From assembly GCA_963815225.1 (NCBI GenBank), contig CAWFGA010000001.1, forward strand, positions 258,952 through 322,951: DNA of 64,000 nucleotides, read 5' to 3'. The DNA comes from an uncultured Flavobacteriaceae bacterium (GTDB taxonomy: Bacteria > Bacteroidota > Bacteroidia > Flavobacteriales > Flavobacteriaceae). The position numbers and the translations under genes are program-made. How positions within the stretch are numbered: the first letter of the stretch is position 1; every line of letters starts with the position of its first letter. The notes under the pieces are model-generated. The model had not been told where the DNA came from, made no database searches, and was given only the letters and a program-made list of their open reading frames with translations. Positions 41,461 through 52,792 of the stretch are shown here, piece by piece.

Positions 41461-44307
41461 CTATTCAATTTCAAAGGATACCTTTTCCGCGGCCCCGTTT
41501 CCTTTCAATTCTACGGTATAACTTCCTTTAGGCAAATACGTTTTTCCGTTATCCGCTTCCTTTAATTCTGTCTTGTGCTTTTTAAGGTAGTTGAGCTTAC
41601 CAATTTTTGAGAATGCCATATCGTAAGAAAGAATATTCAACCCTTTATCTGCGGTTATTTGGGTCTCACTTACTACAATATCGTCGGCAGAAGTTATTTT
41701 GGCATCAAAAACATCGTCTGCACCGGCATAGAATGAAATATCCAAACCGGGCGTGTTCGGTTTGGACCAGGAGCTCCAAGAATTACCCCATCTCGCCGAA
41801 TGTTCCGTATGCTCCAATGGGTACACATAAAGGTCTTTGTTTAAAACGGTTTTGGTCATCTCTTGCAAATGGGCAATATCCGCCTTATAAATACTTCTGC
41901 CGTGGGTACCTACCAAAAGATGCTTTGCTTTGGGTTGAATGGCAAGATCGTGAACCGCTACATAGGGCATACTATTTTGCATGGATTCCCAAGAGGCTCC
42001 CCTATCTAACGAAGTGTAGAGCCCATTGTCAGTACCTACAAAAAGCAGGTTTTCGTTTTCAGGATCTTCTACGATAACATTTACGGGTGCACTTGGGATC
42101 GTACCCGAAATATCTTGCCATGTTTCGCCTTTATCCTCACTTACATAAACATACGCTTTAAAATCATCCCAGCGGTAGCCGTTTAGGGTAGCGTAGATCC
42201 TGTCCTTCTTATGTTTGGATGCAGCCACCCTGCTCACCCATAGATTTTGGGGCAAGGACTTTGAAAGTACCGTCCAACTGCCACCTCCATTTTCGGTACG
42301 TTGTATGAGGCCGTCATCACTTCCTGTATATAGTAATCCGAATTTAAACGGGGATTCTGATATCGTTGTAAGCGTACCATAGGCTACATTTCCTTTTTTG
42401 CCACCTTGAGTCAAATCTCCAGAAATCGTTTCCCAATCATCCCCTTGATTTAAAGACCTGTGCAGTTTATTACCGCCCATGTAGAGGATATCCTGATTGT
42501 GCGGAGATAGTAGAATGGGCGTTTGCCAATTAAAACGATATGGCGTTTCGCCCAGTTCATGTTTGGGTTGAATTTATTTTCGCTTATCGTTCTCAAGGTC
42601 CAATCTAAAATAGTTACCGAATTGAAATCCGGTATAAACAATATTTGGGTTGCGACTATCGACTTGCACTTGCATACCATCACCACCCAGAATCGATTTC
42701 CATGGGTACTGCCCTTCTTGGTGCCATTCCGTATTTTCTTCTGCATTGTGCGGACCCATCCAGACTCCATTATCCTGTAGCCCTCCGTAAACGTAATACG
42801 GTTCTTGGTTATCAACTGCAATAGCATAAAATTGGCCTACGGTTGGGCTATTGTTCTTGATCCAATGTTCGCCATCATCATAACTCATATTTACGCCCCC
42901 GTCGTTACCATTGATCAGGTGGCCGGACATATTTGGGTTTATCCAAAGGGCGTGGTGATCAGAATGGACGTTGTCTCCGTTTATGGAACTAAAGGTCTTA
43001 CCACCATCCTTGGATTTGATGATAGGGACGCCCGCTAAATAGATGTTATCCACATTACTGGGATCAACATTGATCTGCGCAAAATAATAGCCGTAACTAT
43101 AGAAAAGATCATCGATGTACTTTTCATTTTGTTTGGTCCAGGTTGACCCTCCGTCAATACTCTTGTATACCTCCGCACCAATAACGGGCGTATCAAATAA
43201 AAGGGAATTGGCGTCCTCTAGGTAGAGGGCCAAGTCTGCAGGTTTTACAGCATCGCTTCGTACCATTTGCTTTACATTGTCTGCCCTATATTTTTCCTGG
43301 AAGTTATTCGTTTTTAGAAATTCGTTTAAATCCTTATCGCTCAAATCCAAAAACTGGGGCTTTGAGAGTTTTTTAAAATCTTCTTTTGTGAGGCCTTTAT
43401 CCGTGTCCTTTTTTTCAATGGATTTTTCACGTCTATTCTGATTGTCGTGTACTGCATAGACCGTGTTTGCATCAAAAACGGAGAGACCTATACGTCCTAC
43501 ACCTTCACCCACCGGAAATCCACTGGAGGGGAGTGATACCTTATTCCAAGTAGTTCCCCTATCGGTACTTTTATAGATACCAGAACCTTCCCCGCTACCT
43601 AAAAAATCCCAAGCCTTTCTGTCCTTTTGCCATGCCGCGGCATATTGCACTTCAAAATTATTGGGCGCCATGGCCACATCTATAATTCCTGTTTCACGAT
43701 TTATGAATAAGGTTTTTTGCCATGTCTTTCCCCCATCGGTGGTTTTGTAGATTCCCCTTTCTTCGTTTGGGGAATATAGATGTCCCGCAACGCCAACGGT
43801 AACTTCATTAGCATTGGTAGGGTTTACTATAATTCTACCGATATGGTGTGAATCCGTTAAACCCATATTTTGCCATGTTTTTCCCTTGTCGGTAGATTTT
43901 AGGATTCCAATACCAGCATACGAGCTGCGGGAAGCATTATTCTCACCCGTACCTACCCATAGGGTGCCACTTGGCCAATGAACGGCAATATCACCTAGGT
44001 TTTGGGTTTGGGTTTCATCCATTACCGGTGTAAAGGAGGTTCCATTATTGTTGGTATACCATAATCCACCCGAAGCATAGGCGACATAAAATTCTGTTGG
44101 ATCCGTATCGTTTACGGCCAAATCTACCACCCTGCCGCTCATAATGGACGGACCAATATTCTTTAAAGGCAAATTCTTGAGGAGCGAACTTGCTTCCATC
44201 GCTTTTTTAGCGGCTAAAGATTGATCTACCAATTGCGCGCTTGTAGGGGCTACCTGCGCATTGGTAATCATAATACTGGCCAAAAAAAGAAGGTAAAAAT
44301 GTTTCAT
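41461..44307 (-). CDS. Secreted VPS10/BNR-repeat beta-propeller protein; in-frame TAA at 42574-42576
   Basis: ORFs 42574..44307 and 41461..42480 are in the same frame; many S.D.G.TW Asp-boxes; NIGP..MSGRV; VGTHGR. Confidence 0.85.
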
Positions 44308-44391
44308 GGTAATGAAATTGAATTAGTTGATGGAAAGTTAAGGATAAGTTCAGGCTTCGGCAAGCATAACATTTCGAGTGGCAGGGTAGGC

Positions 44392-46128
44392 TTAAGGTCT
44401 CAATCCTTGAATCTGTTTTTTCGTTTTTGCAGCTATCTCTTCTGCGGTGTTGGAAATTTGTTTTTTCGTTTTTACATCATTAGGGTCTACAATATCCATT
44501 AAGCTAAAAATCGCTTTTTTGTACCAATCACCCCAAGCTTCAATAATTTCCGTTTCTTGGATTAGGGTACTGCCGTTTGCAATGGCTTTCTTGCTCAATT
44601 CTGTTTCTGCCATTAGGCGTGCAAAAGCTTGTTGCTTGAGAAGGGACTTATTTTTATTTGCGAAGTCGGCATCCGCATTTACCAACTGCAAACCACTTAC
44701 CAAGGCTGCGGTACCAACATTTTTTAAGGTTTCTTTTGATACCTTATCGATACGGTCATTATCCGTATGGTAAAACTGATCTGTGAAGTGCCAAAGTAAC
44801 AGACCTGGGATATCCGCATCAAGAAAAGGGGTATGATCACTACCCCCCTCAAAAGGGTTGGTGTCCACCGGCCAATTTGCAAACTTACCTTGTTCCTTAA
44901 AATTTGAGAGTATAAAATCATTAAGGTAGTGTGGTTTCATATCCTCTAGGGACAATACCTCACCACCCCACTCCGTATGTTTATCATTTCCACGGGTCCA
45001 TATGGCGCTGGGATCAGGCATTTTTTCGATTAAGAAAACACCGCCGGTAAGCGCCGTATTTTCACCCACCATATCCATGCTTATGCCCCATTTAATTCCT
45101 TTTGCACGAGGTGGGTCTTCAGTAATAAACCTGCGCGTAGAAACAATTTCGTCGCCCCACAAAAAAGTCATGGAGCGCTCCAAATCAATGATGCCCGTGG
45201 TTAGCAGCTTGGCGGCAACACGAGCCATTTCCAATTGGGTGCCCACACCGCTAGCATTGTCATTGGCTCCAGGCTCTTGGATATGGGCGCTAAAGACCAG
45301 TCGTTCTTTGGGCTTCCCAGCACCTCTAATAGTGGCTACTATCGTCAATTCTTCCGATTCATACCGTTTGGTTGCAATATTTACCAACACTTGGGTTTTT
45401 CCATTTCGCATGCGCCTAGTTAATTCTTTTCGGGCTTCAAATGATAGCGCAATGCCCCAAAAATTGCTGAAATTACTTACGGGAAGACTTCTGAATTGGA
45501 TGGAAGTCGTATTTTTTTCAGGCTGTAAATACGCCGGATTGTCATAGGAGATAATGCCCAGTGCCCCTTTTTCTAGAGCAATTTTGTAAATACTGCGTAC
45601 ATTGTTCTCCGCATAAACAATTTTGCCGGTTACTCCTTTGGATTTAAATTCTTCTACAGATTTTATCCATACCACCTCCGCTTGTACGCCTTCACTTGGG
45701 GTGGAAGCCGAATTCAAATAGGTCATGTTTCTATTCGATTCTGAAACCAATAAGGGTTTGGTATCGCCAACGATTTGTAAGGCAGCCGAAACCGGCTCCC
45801 ATGTATTATGGGACATGGGTCGCCTTTCAATGCGGTAGGTGAGACGGTCCGCTATAGATGCTTCGGATTCCAAGACATAACCCGATGCTTTAAGGCTATC
45901 CGCTAGTAGGAAAACGGTATTGTTAAAACCAGTATTACCCACCACACGCCAATAATCCGCCACATAATCCGTAGTGGAAAACGCAAGTTCTCCTGTAAAA
46001 AAGGGCCGTACAGTTTCAAAATAATCAATCTCTGTTTCTCGCGATTGCTGGGAGCAACCGGTCAAAAAGGATAAGCAGACCAGCAGAGGTATAATGCCCC
46101 GCTTAAATACTTGCTTATCATAGCACAT
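44392..46128 (-). CDS. M28 family metallopeptidase lipoprotein (start uncertain)
   Basis: Lipobox LTGC, SAH...PGANDNASG, MDMVG, GSDH, YHT..D. Confidence 0.88.
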   Translation of the reverse strand: MCYDKQVFKRGIIPLLVCLSFLTGCSQQSRETEIDYFETVRPFFTGELAFSTTDYVADYWRVVGNTGFNNTVFLLADSLKASGYVLESEASIADRLTYRIERRPMSHNTWEPVSAALQIVGDTKPLLVSESNRNMTYLNSASTPSEGVQAEVVWIKSVEEFKSKGVTGKIVYAENNVRSIYKIALEKGALGIISYDNPAYLQPEKNTTSIQFRSLPVSNFSNFWGIALSFEARKELTRRMRNGKTQVLVNIATKRYESEELTIVATIRGAGKPKERLVFSAHIQEPGANDNASGVGTQLEMARVAAKLLTTGIIDLERSMTFLWGDEIVSTRRFITEDPPRAKGIKWGISMDMVGENTALTGGVFLIEKMPDPSAIWTRGNDKHTEWGGEVLSLEDMKPHYLNDFILSNFKEQGKFANWPVDTNPFEGGSDHTPFLDADIPGLLLWHFTDQFYHTDNDRIDKVSKETLKNVGTAALVSGLQLVNADADFANKNKSLLKQQAFARLMAETELSKKAIANGSTLIQETEIIEAWGDWYKKAIFSLMDIVDPNDVKTKKQISNTAEEIAAKTKKQIQGLRP

Positions 46129-46136
46129 TTTAAGGC

Positions 46137-47588
46137 TTATTCTTCCCATTTCCAGTCATTCCCAATAATGAGTTTTTCCTTCAAATCGTTTTTGATCATA
46201 AATTCTTTTGTAGTCTCACTATCCATTTTTGCAGCCGGTAGTTTTTCTGCGTTTGCCAAGGCATAGAGCATCATGGTGCCAAAACGGCTGGTGTTGGTCA
46301 TGTGGTCTTTGTTTACCAAATTGAAATCATCGCAGTCTGAATGGTAGCAACCGTAAATGGAACGATCAAGGTTACTGTTCACGGATAAAACGGGAACACC
46401 TTCCAACATAAACGGTTGGTGATCACTGTGTAGACCAGATTTATTAGTAAACGTATTTTTATAAATCGTGTCCTGCTTTTGAATAGCGGCGCCCAGGTCC
46501 TTAAAGAATTGCTCGTCATCCAATTTCCCACCAGCGTTCATCCCGATCGGATTACCCGCCATGTCCAAATTCATCATGTATTTAATATTGTCAATGGTAT
46601 TATTGGCTATTGCCTGTTGCACCATGTATTTAGATCCTAGAAGGCCTTGTTCCTCACCCATGAACATAACGAACTTTACGGTTCGTTTGGGTTGAAGGTC
46701 GTTGGCTTTGAAGGCACGGGCAATATCGAGCACGGCGAAGGAACCGATACCGTTATCGATAGCGCCTGTAGCCAAATCCCAGGAATCCAAATGACCCCCA
46801 AGCACGATTTCTTCCTGTGGGAGTTCTGTTCCTGGCAGCGTAGCTACCACATTTCTTGCTTTAATGACATCGCTGTTATTGGTCATTTCAATTTCTGCAG
46901 TCGCTTTTTCTTTGTTTAAAGTTTCTTTTAGGGCCATACCATCCTCCTTGCCTATACAGACCGCAGGAATGGGGATCAATTCCCCGGTAACCGAAGCGGT
47001 TCCCGTTAACAACACGCCATTATCCACTTGGTTAAAGATAATGATACCGATAGCCCCATATTTTATGGCGAGCGCCGTTTTTTCACTACGGTGTAGGTTG
47101 GATAAGCCCTCCGGACTTCCTGGTAGGATTCCAATATATACCAAAGCAATTTTTCCTTTTGCAGCATCGGGATTTGTAGCATAATCTGCTTCCAGGCCAT
47201 TGCCCATGTCCACAATTTCTCCGGTAACATTCGTCTCGATGGGGGAATGTCCTAAGGTGACGACTTTTACGGGGTCATCGTTGATCTCTAGGGATACATC
47301 GCCCCTAGACCATGCCTCTACCTCAAAGGTCTGGTAGACCACATCCTCATAACCATATTCCTTGAATTTATTATAAGTATATTCTTCTGCTTGCGCTCCG
47401 TTTTCTGAACCTGTAAGCCTATGGCCAATGGTTTCGGTAGCTTCCTTTAAGGTACTATAGCCCTTGGCATTTTGTTTGATTTCAGTATCGATACGGGCAA
47501 ATAATGCTGCCTGCGTTTCCTCTTTTTTGGATTCTGTACAGGCCTGTAGGCATAGGGATGCTATCAATAGATAGGCTACTTTATTCAT
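46137..47588 (-). CDS. M28 family peptidase (carboxypeptidase Q-like, PA domain) lipoprotein
   Basis: Lipobox LQAC, GGHLDSWD...GAIDNG, GEEQGLLGS, SDH, YH. Confidence 0.9.
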   Translation of the reverse strand: MNKVAYLLIASLCLQACTESKKEETQAALFARIDTEIKQNAKGYSTLKEATETIGHRLTGSENGAQAEEYTYNKFKEYGYEDVVYQTFEVEAWSRGDVSLEINDDPVKVVTLGHSPIETNVTGEIVDMGNGLEADYATNPDAAKGKIALVYIGILPGSPEGLSNLHRSEKTALAIKYGAIGIIIFNQVDNGVLLTGTASVTGELIPIPAVCIGKEDGMALKETLNKEKATAEIEMTNNSDVIKARNVVATLPGTELPQEEIVLGGHLDSWDLATGAIDNGIGSFAVLDIARAFKANDLQPKRTVKFVMFMGEEQGLLGSKYMVQQAIANNTIDNIKYMMNLDMAGNPIGMNAGGKLDDEQFFKDLGAAIQKQDTIYKNTFTNKSGLHSDHQPFMLEGVPVLSVNSNLDRSIYGCYHSDCDDFNLVNKDHMTNTSRFGTMMLYALANAEKLPAAKMDSETTKEFMIKNDLKEKLIIGNDWKWEE

Positions 47589-47734
47589 GAATTTTGAGTT
47601 TTTGGTTGAAGGGTACAAGGTAATTAAATCAATGTAAAAATCATTTCTAATCGTGATACTAATCTTATAATTATATCTGGTATTTTCTGCTCGTACTGCA
47701 CATAATCCTTAATTTTAGGGCAAAATCATAATCT

Positions 47735-49027
47735 ATGAAATACGAACAGATACCCAATTCCTTATTTATAAAGAACCGCAAAAAATTTATGGAGCGTATG
47801 CGACCCAAAAGCATTGCGGTTTTTAACTCCAATGATATTTACCCTATAGGAGCGGATAGCGTATTGCCCTTTGAGCAGCATCGGGATATTTTCTACCTAT
47901 CGGGAGCGGACCAAGAGGAAACGATTTTGTTATTATTTCCGGATGCAATGGACAAAAAAAATCGTGAAATTCTATTCGTAAGGGAGACCAATGACCATAT
48001 CGCCATTTGGGAAGGGGCAAAGTTGACCAAGGAAAAAGCGACCGAGGTTTCGGGTATCCAAACCATTTATTGGTTAAAGGAATTCGATAAGGTATTCTTT
48101 GATTTGATGACGGAGGCCGATACGATTTATTTTAATACGAACGAGCATTACCGCCAAGCGGTAGAGACACAGACCCGCGAGGATCGTTTCATTTTGAAAT
48201 ATAAAAATCAATATCCGGGCCATCAAGTGGCAAAAAGTAATCCTATTCTGCAGGAAATACGGGGTATCAAAGAACCCGAGGAACTGGAGCTTATGCAAAC
48301 GGCCTGTAACATAACCGAAAAGGGTTTTAGAAGTGTATTGGATTTTGTAAAACCCGGGGTTAAGGAATATGAAATTGAAGCAGTATTACTATATGAATTT
48401 GTGCGCAACCGTTCCAAGGGATTTGCCTATCCCCCTATAATCGCTTCGGGAAATAACGCCAATGTACTGCATTACTTGGAAAATAACAGGGCCTGTAAGG
48501 ATGGCGATCTTATATTAATGGACACGGCGGCAGAATATGCGAATTATTCCAGTGACCTTACCCGCACCATTCCGGTTAACGGGACCTTTACAAAACGACA
48601 AAAGCAAGTCTACAACGCGGTATTGCGTGTTAAGGATGAAGCCACCAAGCTATTGGTACCCGGTACGCTTTGGGCCGAATACCATAAAGAATGCGGTAAA
48701 CTGATGACTTCGGAACTCTTGGGCTTGGGCTTGTTGGATAAGACCGATGTACAGAACGAAAATCCCGATTGGCCTGCCTACAAAAAATATTTCATGCACG
48801 GTACCAGCCATCATATTGGCTTGAACACACATGATTATGGCGCCCTGAAAACGCCCATGAAGGCAAATATGGTGTTTACGGTAGAACCCGGAATTTATAT
48901 CCCTGCCGAAAATATGGGCGTTCGGTTAGAGGACGATGTAGTTGTTCAAGAAACGGGCGAACCGTTTAACCTTATGGCCAATATTCCTATTCAAGCCGAT
49001 GAAATTGAGGAATTGATGAACGCTTAG
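47735..49027 (+). CDS. Xaa-Pro aminopeptidase (M24B)
   Basis: LHY, SDLTRT, HGTSHHIGL.THD, TVEPGIY, GVRLEDD. Confidence 0.93.
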   Translation: MKYEQIPNSLFIKNRKKFMERMRPKSIAVFNSNDIYPIGADSVLPFEQHRDIFYLSGADQEETILLLFPDAMDKKNREILFVRETNDHIAIWEGAKLTKEKATEVSGIQTIYWLKEFDKVFFDLMTEADTIYFNTNEHYRQAVETQTREDRFILKYKNQYPGHQVAKSNPILQEIRGIKEPEELELMQTACNITEKGFRSVLDFVKPGVKEYEIEAVLLYEFVRNRSKGFAYPPIIASGNNANVLHYLENNRACKDGDLILMDTAAEYANYSSDLTRTIPVNGTFTKRQKQVYNAVLRVKDEATKLLVPGTLWAEYHKECGKLMTSELLGLGLLDKTDVQNENPDWPAYKKYFMHGTSHHIGLNTHDYGALKTPMKANMVFTVEPGIYIPAENMGVRLEDDVVVQETGEPFNLMANIPIQADEIEELMNA

Positions 49028-49046
49028 TACTCGTTGTTTGAATATT

Positions 49047-49081
49047 AAAAAAAAACGGCTCTCTAGTTTAGGAGCCGTTTC
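49047..49081. terminator. Bidirectional terminator between aminopeptidase P and fasciclin genes
   Basis: AAACGGCTC...GAGCCGTTT with A-run. Confidence 0.75.
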
Positions 49082-49116
49082 TTCATTTTGGGGGGATTTG
49101 GGGGAACTTTTACAAA

Positions 49117-49718
49117 TTACATTGCTGGTAAAACAACGGTATCAATTACGTGTATAACACCGTTAGATTGGTTTACATCTGCAATTGTTACGGTTGAAAT
49201 GGCACCATTTGCATCTTTCAATTGTACTTCTTTCCTTTTAACATAGCGGTTAGTTTAGCACCGTTAACAGTGTTAAATTCGGCTTTTCCATTTCCTTTTT
49301 TGATCATCCCCATTAAATCGGTGGCACTAAATTTTCCTGCCACTACATGATAAGTTAAGATGGCTTGTAACTTTTCTTTATTTTCCGGCTTCACCAAAGT
49401 TTCAACAGTTCCTTTTGGTAGTTTTTCAAATGCCATATCGGTAGGAGCGAAAACTGTAAATGGGCCTTCACCTTGCAATGTTTCCACTAAATCTGCAGCT
49501 TTGACCGCCGCAACCAGTGTGGTATGGTCTTTAGAATTAACAGCATTTTCAATGATGTTTTTATTAGGGTACATTTCTGCCCCACCAACCATTTTGGTCT
49601 GCATCATCATTTTATCCTTTTTCATCTTCTTCACGGAACCATCTTGGGCGAGAGCAGTTGCGCCCAGTCCAAGGGTTAATGCTAAGGTTACTACGGTAAT
49701 CGATTTTGAAATTTTCAT
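49117..49718 (-). CDS. Fasciclin (FAS1) domain secreted protein; frameshift near 49230
   Basis: Signal peptide [27 protein letters not shown]; shifted frame gives VQLKDANG...[16 protein letters not shown]. Confidence 0.88.
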
Positions 49719-49903
49719 CTTAATTTTTGTTTTTATGTATACCCTATCTACGCTCCTTTTTTTGAAAGGTTTGGTTTTGAATACTATTTTTTGGAGCTTG
49801 AGGTACATTTCGGTTGGCGTACTATTTTTTGGAATACGGTGAATTAAAGCAAAACCTAATTTTAATATTTGGATTCCAAAAACCTTCAAAATGGTATGGC
49901 AGA

Positions 49904-51183
49904 TTATTTTTGGTCCGAAATTCGAATAAAAACATTGGTAAGCAGGAAAACTAAAAAAGCTGGTAATACCCAACCCAAACTATATCCTTGGAGAGGAATC
50001 CAGGAGAAGGTTTCGCCTGTGGAGCAAAAGATGTATACTATCCAAGAAAGTCGGGGATGCTAAAAATAATTGTAGTGATGGTAACGGCCTTAAAAACTAG
50101 TGGGGAAGCTATTTTCTCAGGAACAACGTTTAGTAGTATTAAGATGATGGTAATGGGGTAAATAAACATTAAAGCCGGTACGGCCACTGCAATGATGTAC
50201 CCTACATTGAACTGTCCAATGAGGACACCGGTGACACAGCAAACGATAGCGGTAAGAACATAGGCCAATTGCGATTCCTTAAAAAGGGATTTCATAAAAT
50301 CCGAGGTGCCGGTTACTACACCTACGGCAGTGGTAAAACAGGCGAGTGCCACCAGAACACTCAAAAGTAGATTGCCCACATTACCTAAGCTGCGTTTGGC
50401 CAAACCTGAAAGCAGGTCGGTCCTCGTAGTGTCCGCATCAAAAACGGAATGTACCAACGCACCGGAAAGAATTAGGCCCATATAAATAAAGAACAAGGCC
50501 AAGCCGGCAATCCAGCCCGCTTTACGAACAAGCGATTTTTTTTCTTGATATGGAGCTTCCTTGTATTTTAAATTCACGGAAATAACAAGTACGCCCCCAA
50601 CAACCACGGCGGCAATGGCATCAAAGGTTTGGTAGCCTTCTAAAATACCATCGGTGAACGGACTTTTAAATACCGTTGTGCCAAAATCGAACGGGAATGA
50701 AAAGAGGGTAATACCTATTATGAGAATCAAAATAAAAAGGATTCCCGGGGTCAAGAGTTTCCCTAGGATATCCAAAATTTTGGAACGGTTTATCGTGAAT
50801 AAAAACACCAAGGCAAAATAAACACTGCTCGTCCACCAAGGAGAAATATCCCATAAGGGTGCGATCGCAATTTCATGGGTAACGGATGCCGTTCTGGGTC
50901 CGGGTAGGGCCACTGCGATGGCATAAATCAGAATTGCATAAATAAGGCCAAAAGTGGGAGATACTTTTTTTCCAAAATCCAACAATGTACCTTGTAATTT
51001 GGCATATGCTAAAATTCCTAAAAGTGGTATGAAGACTGCAGAAAGGCAGAAACCTATGGTGACGACTAGCCATTGATTGCCAGAATTAAAACCCAACAAA
51101 GGAGGCAAAATTAGATTTCCGGCCCCAAAAAAAAGCGAGAAGAGCGCAAAGGCCGTTACCAAGATTTCCTTGTTCTTGAACAT
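49904..51183 (-). CDS. brnQ: Branched-chain amino acid carrier (LIV-II); frame broken near 50010-50050
   Basis: [33 protein letters not shown]; another frame gives [15 protein letters not shown]...*. Confidence 0.88.
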
Positions 51184-51263
51184 GGGCACAAATTAAATGA
51201 AAGATTATGAAATAATAGGGTTTCCGCTGTTTTTGATTTTACAAGACACCAAAAAAAAGTAGG

Positions 51264-51293
51264 TTGACAACAAATTATGCTGCGCTCACAACA
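51264..51293 (+). promoter_or_regulatory. Direct repeat TTGACAACA-N12-CTCACAACA
   Basis: Same core and 21-bp period as 30919-30948; TAGTTTAA 29 bp downstream. Confidence 0.55.
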
Positions 51294-51397
51294 ATTAGTG
51301 GTACAGTCCTTTAATATACAGTAGTTTAACAGAAGGAAATTTAGCCTATTTAAATTTTCAACAATAAAAAACCTAAATAAAAATTAACCGCATTCAA

Positions 51398-51416
51398 ATC
51401 GATTCCCCAAATCGAT
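51398..51416 (+). other. 5'-UTR hairpin with C-rich loop
   Basis: ATCGATT-CCCCA-AATCGAT. Confidence 0.5.
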
Positions 51417-51441
51417 CCATCTTGCAACAAAAACCTACAGC

Positions 51442-51660
51442 ATGAAAAAATTGTTCTGCAACATCTTCGGACATCGCTACTCCATCTCAAAGAAGGTAAC
51501 GTCACACATTAAGGAATACAAGTGCATTCATTGCCAAAAGCAAGTAACTACAGATGTAAGTGGAAATCTTTCCATCTTAACACCAGAGTTACAGGATATC
51601 AATAGAACCTTAGAACATATCTACCAAAGAAGGCATATTGCTGCGCAACAAGTAGCATAA
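51442..51660 (+). CDS. Small zinc-ribbon-like protein (DUF1660-like)
   Basis: C..FGH.Y ... Y.C..C motif, 72 aa. Confidence 0.75.
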   Translation: MKKLFCNIFGHRYSISKKVTSHIKEYKCIHCQKQVTTDVSGNLSILTPELQDINRTLEHIYQRRHIAAQQVA

Positions 51661-51667
51661 GGTTTTA

Positions 51668-52718
51668 TTATTCTTTGGCAAACGAATTCCAACCCTGTGC
51701 GGTCAATGGAATCTTTGTATTATTCCTGGAAATTAAGAAAGCACCTTCATCTTTACCCGTCGTATGCCCCACAACGGTTAGGTTAGGATTGCCCTTTATT
51801 TTCGGGAATTCTTTTTGGTCTATGGTAAACAGAAGTTCATAATCCTCACCCCCGCTTAAGGCCACCAAGGTACTATCCATATTAAACTCCTCACAAGCTG
51901 CGATTACGGTTGGGTCTAGCGGAATTTTATCCTCATACAGGTCTATACCCAAGCCACTACTTTTACTCAAGTGCAATATTTCAGATGATAGTCCGTCACT
52001 AATATCAATCATGGAAGTGGGATGCACGTCCAATTTTTCAAGCAGTTCTACGATATCCTTCCTAGCTTCCGGTTTCAATTGCCTTTCCACAATATAGGCG
52101 TAGGGTTCCAAGTCTGGTTGATTGTTTGGATTCACTTTAAAAACTTCCTTTTCGCGTTCCAATACCTGTAGGCCCATATAGGCACCGCCTAAATCTCCGG
52201 AAACGACCAAGAGGTCCTTGGGTTTGGCACCTGAACGATAGGCTAGATGTTCTTCCTTAACCTCTCCAATTGCGGTTACGCTTATAAGCAGGCCGGTTTT
52301 GGAAGAGGTAGTGTCGCCCCCTATCAAATCAACATTATATGTTTTACAGGCCGTGGCTATACCAGCATATAATTCCTCCAAGGCCTCTAAGGGAAATCTA
52401 TTGGAAACTGCTATGGAAACAGTGATCTGTGTCGCCTTGGCGTTCATGGCATATATATCGGATAGATTTACCATCACAGCTTTATAGCCCAAGTGCTTTA
52501 GGGGCATATAGCTAAGGTCGAAATGTATTCCCTCAATCAAAAGGTCTGTGCTAATTACTGTCTTTTTGTCTTTTCACATCCAATACGGCAGCATCATCAC
52601 CAATTCCTTTTAAGGTCGATTTTTGTTTGATTTTGAAACCCTTGGTCAGGTGCTCAATTAAGCCAAATTCGCCCAATGCTTCTAAGGATGTCCTTTCTTG
52701 ATTCTTATTTTCTAACAT
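51668..52718 (-). CDS. thiL: Thiamine-monophosphate kinase; extra base in the run at 52571-52574 (probable sequencing error)
   Basis: Upstream frame LGEFGLIE...GIGDDAAV; downstream NLSDIYAM, GGDT, IDISDGL, GGEDYELLFT. Confidence 0.93.
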
Positions 52719-52792
52719 GATGCAAAAATAAACAGGATTATTTTATATCGTATCTTTAAATCAGGGTATAATTTTTGATACATCTTTGTGCT

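Noticed and set aside
41243-41521. 71-aa plus-strand ORF or structured RNA between DUF2721 and VPS10 genes
   Set aside because: No convincing start context, stem or family motif.
49719-49973. Long N-terminal extension of the fasciclin ORF
   Set aside because: The signal peptide starts at 49718; the extension overlaps intergenic DNA and the true brnQ 3' end.
51442-51660. Prophage remnant
   Set aside because: No other phage genes, integrase or att sites nearby.
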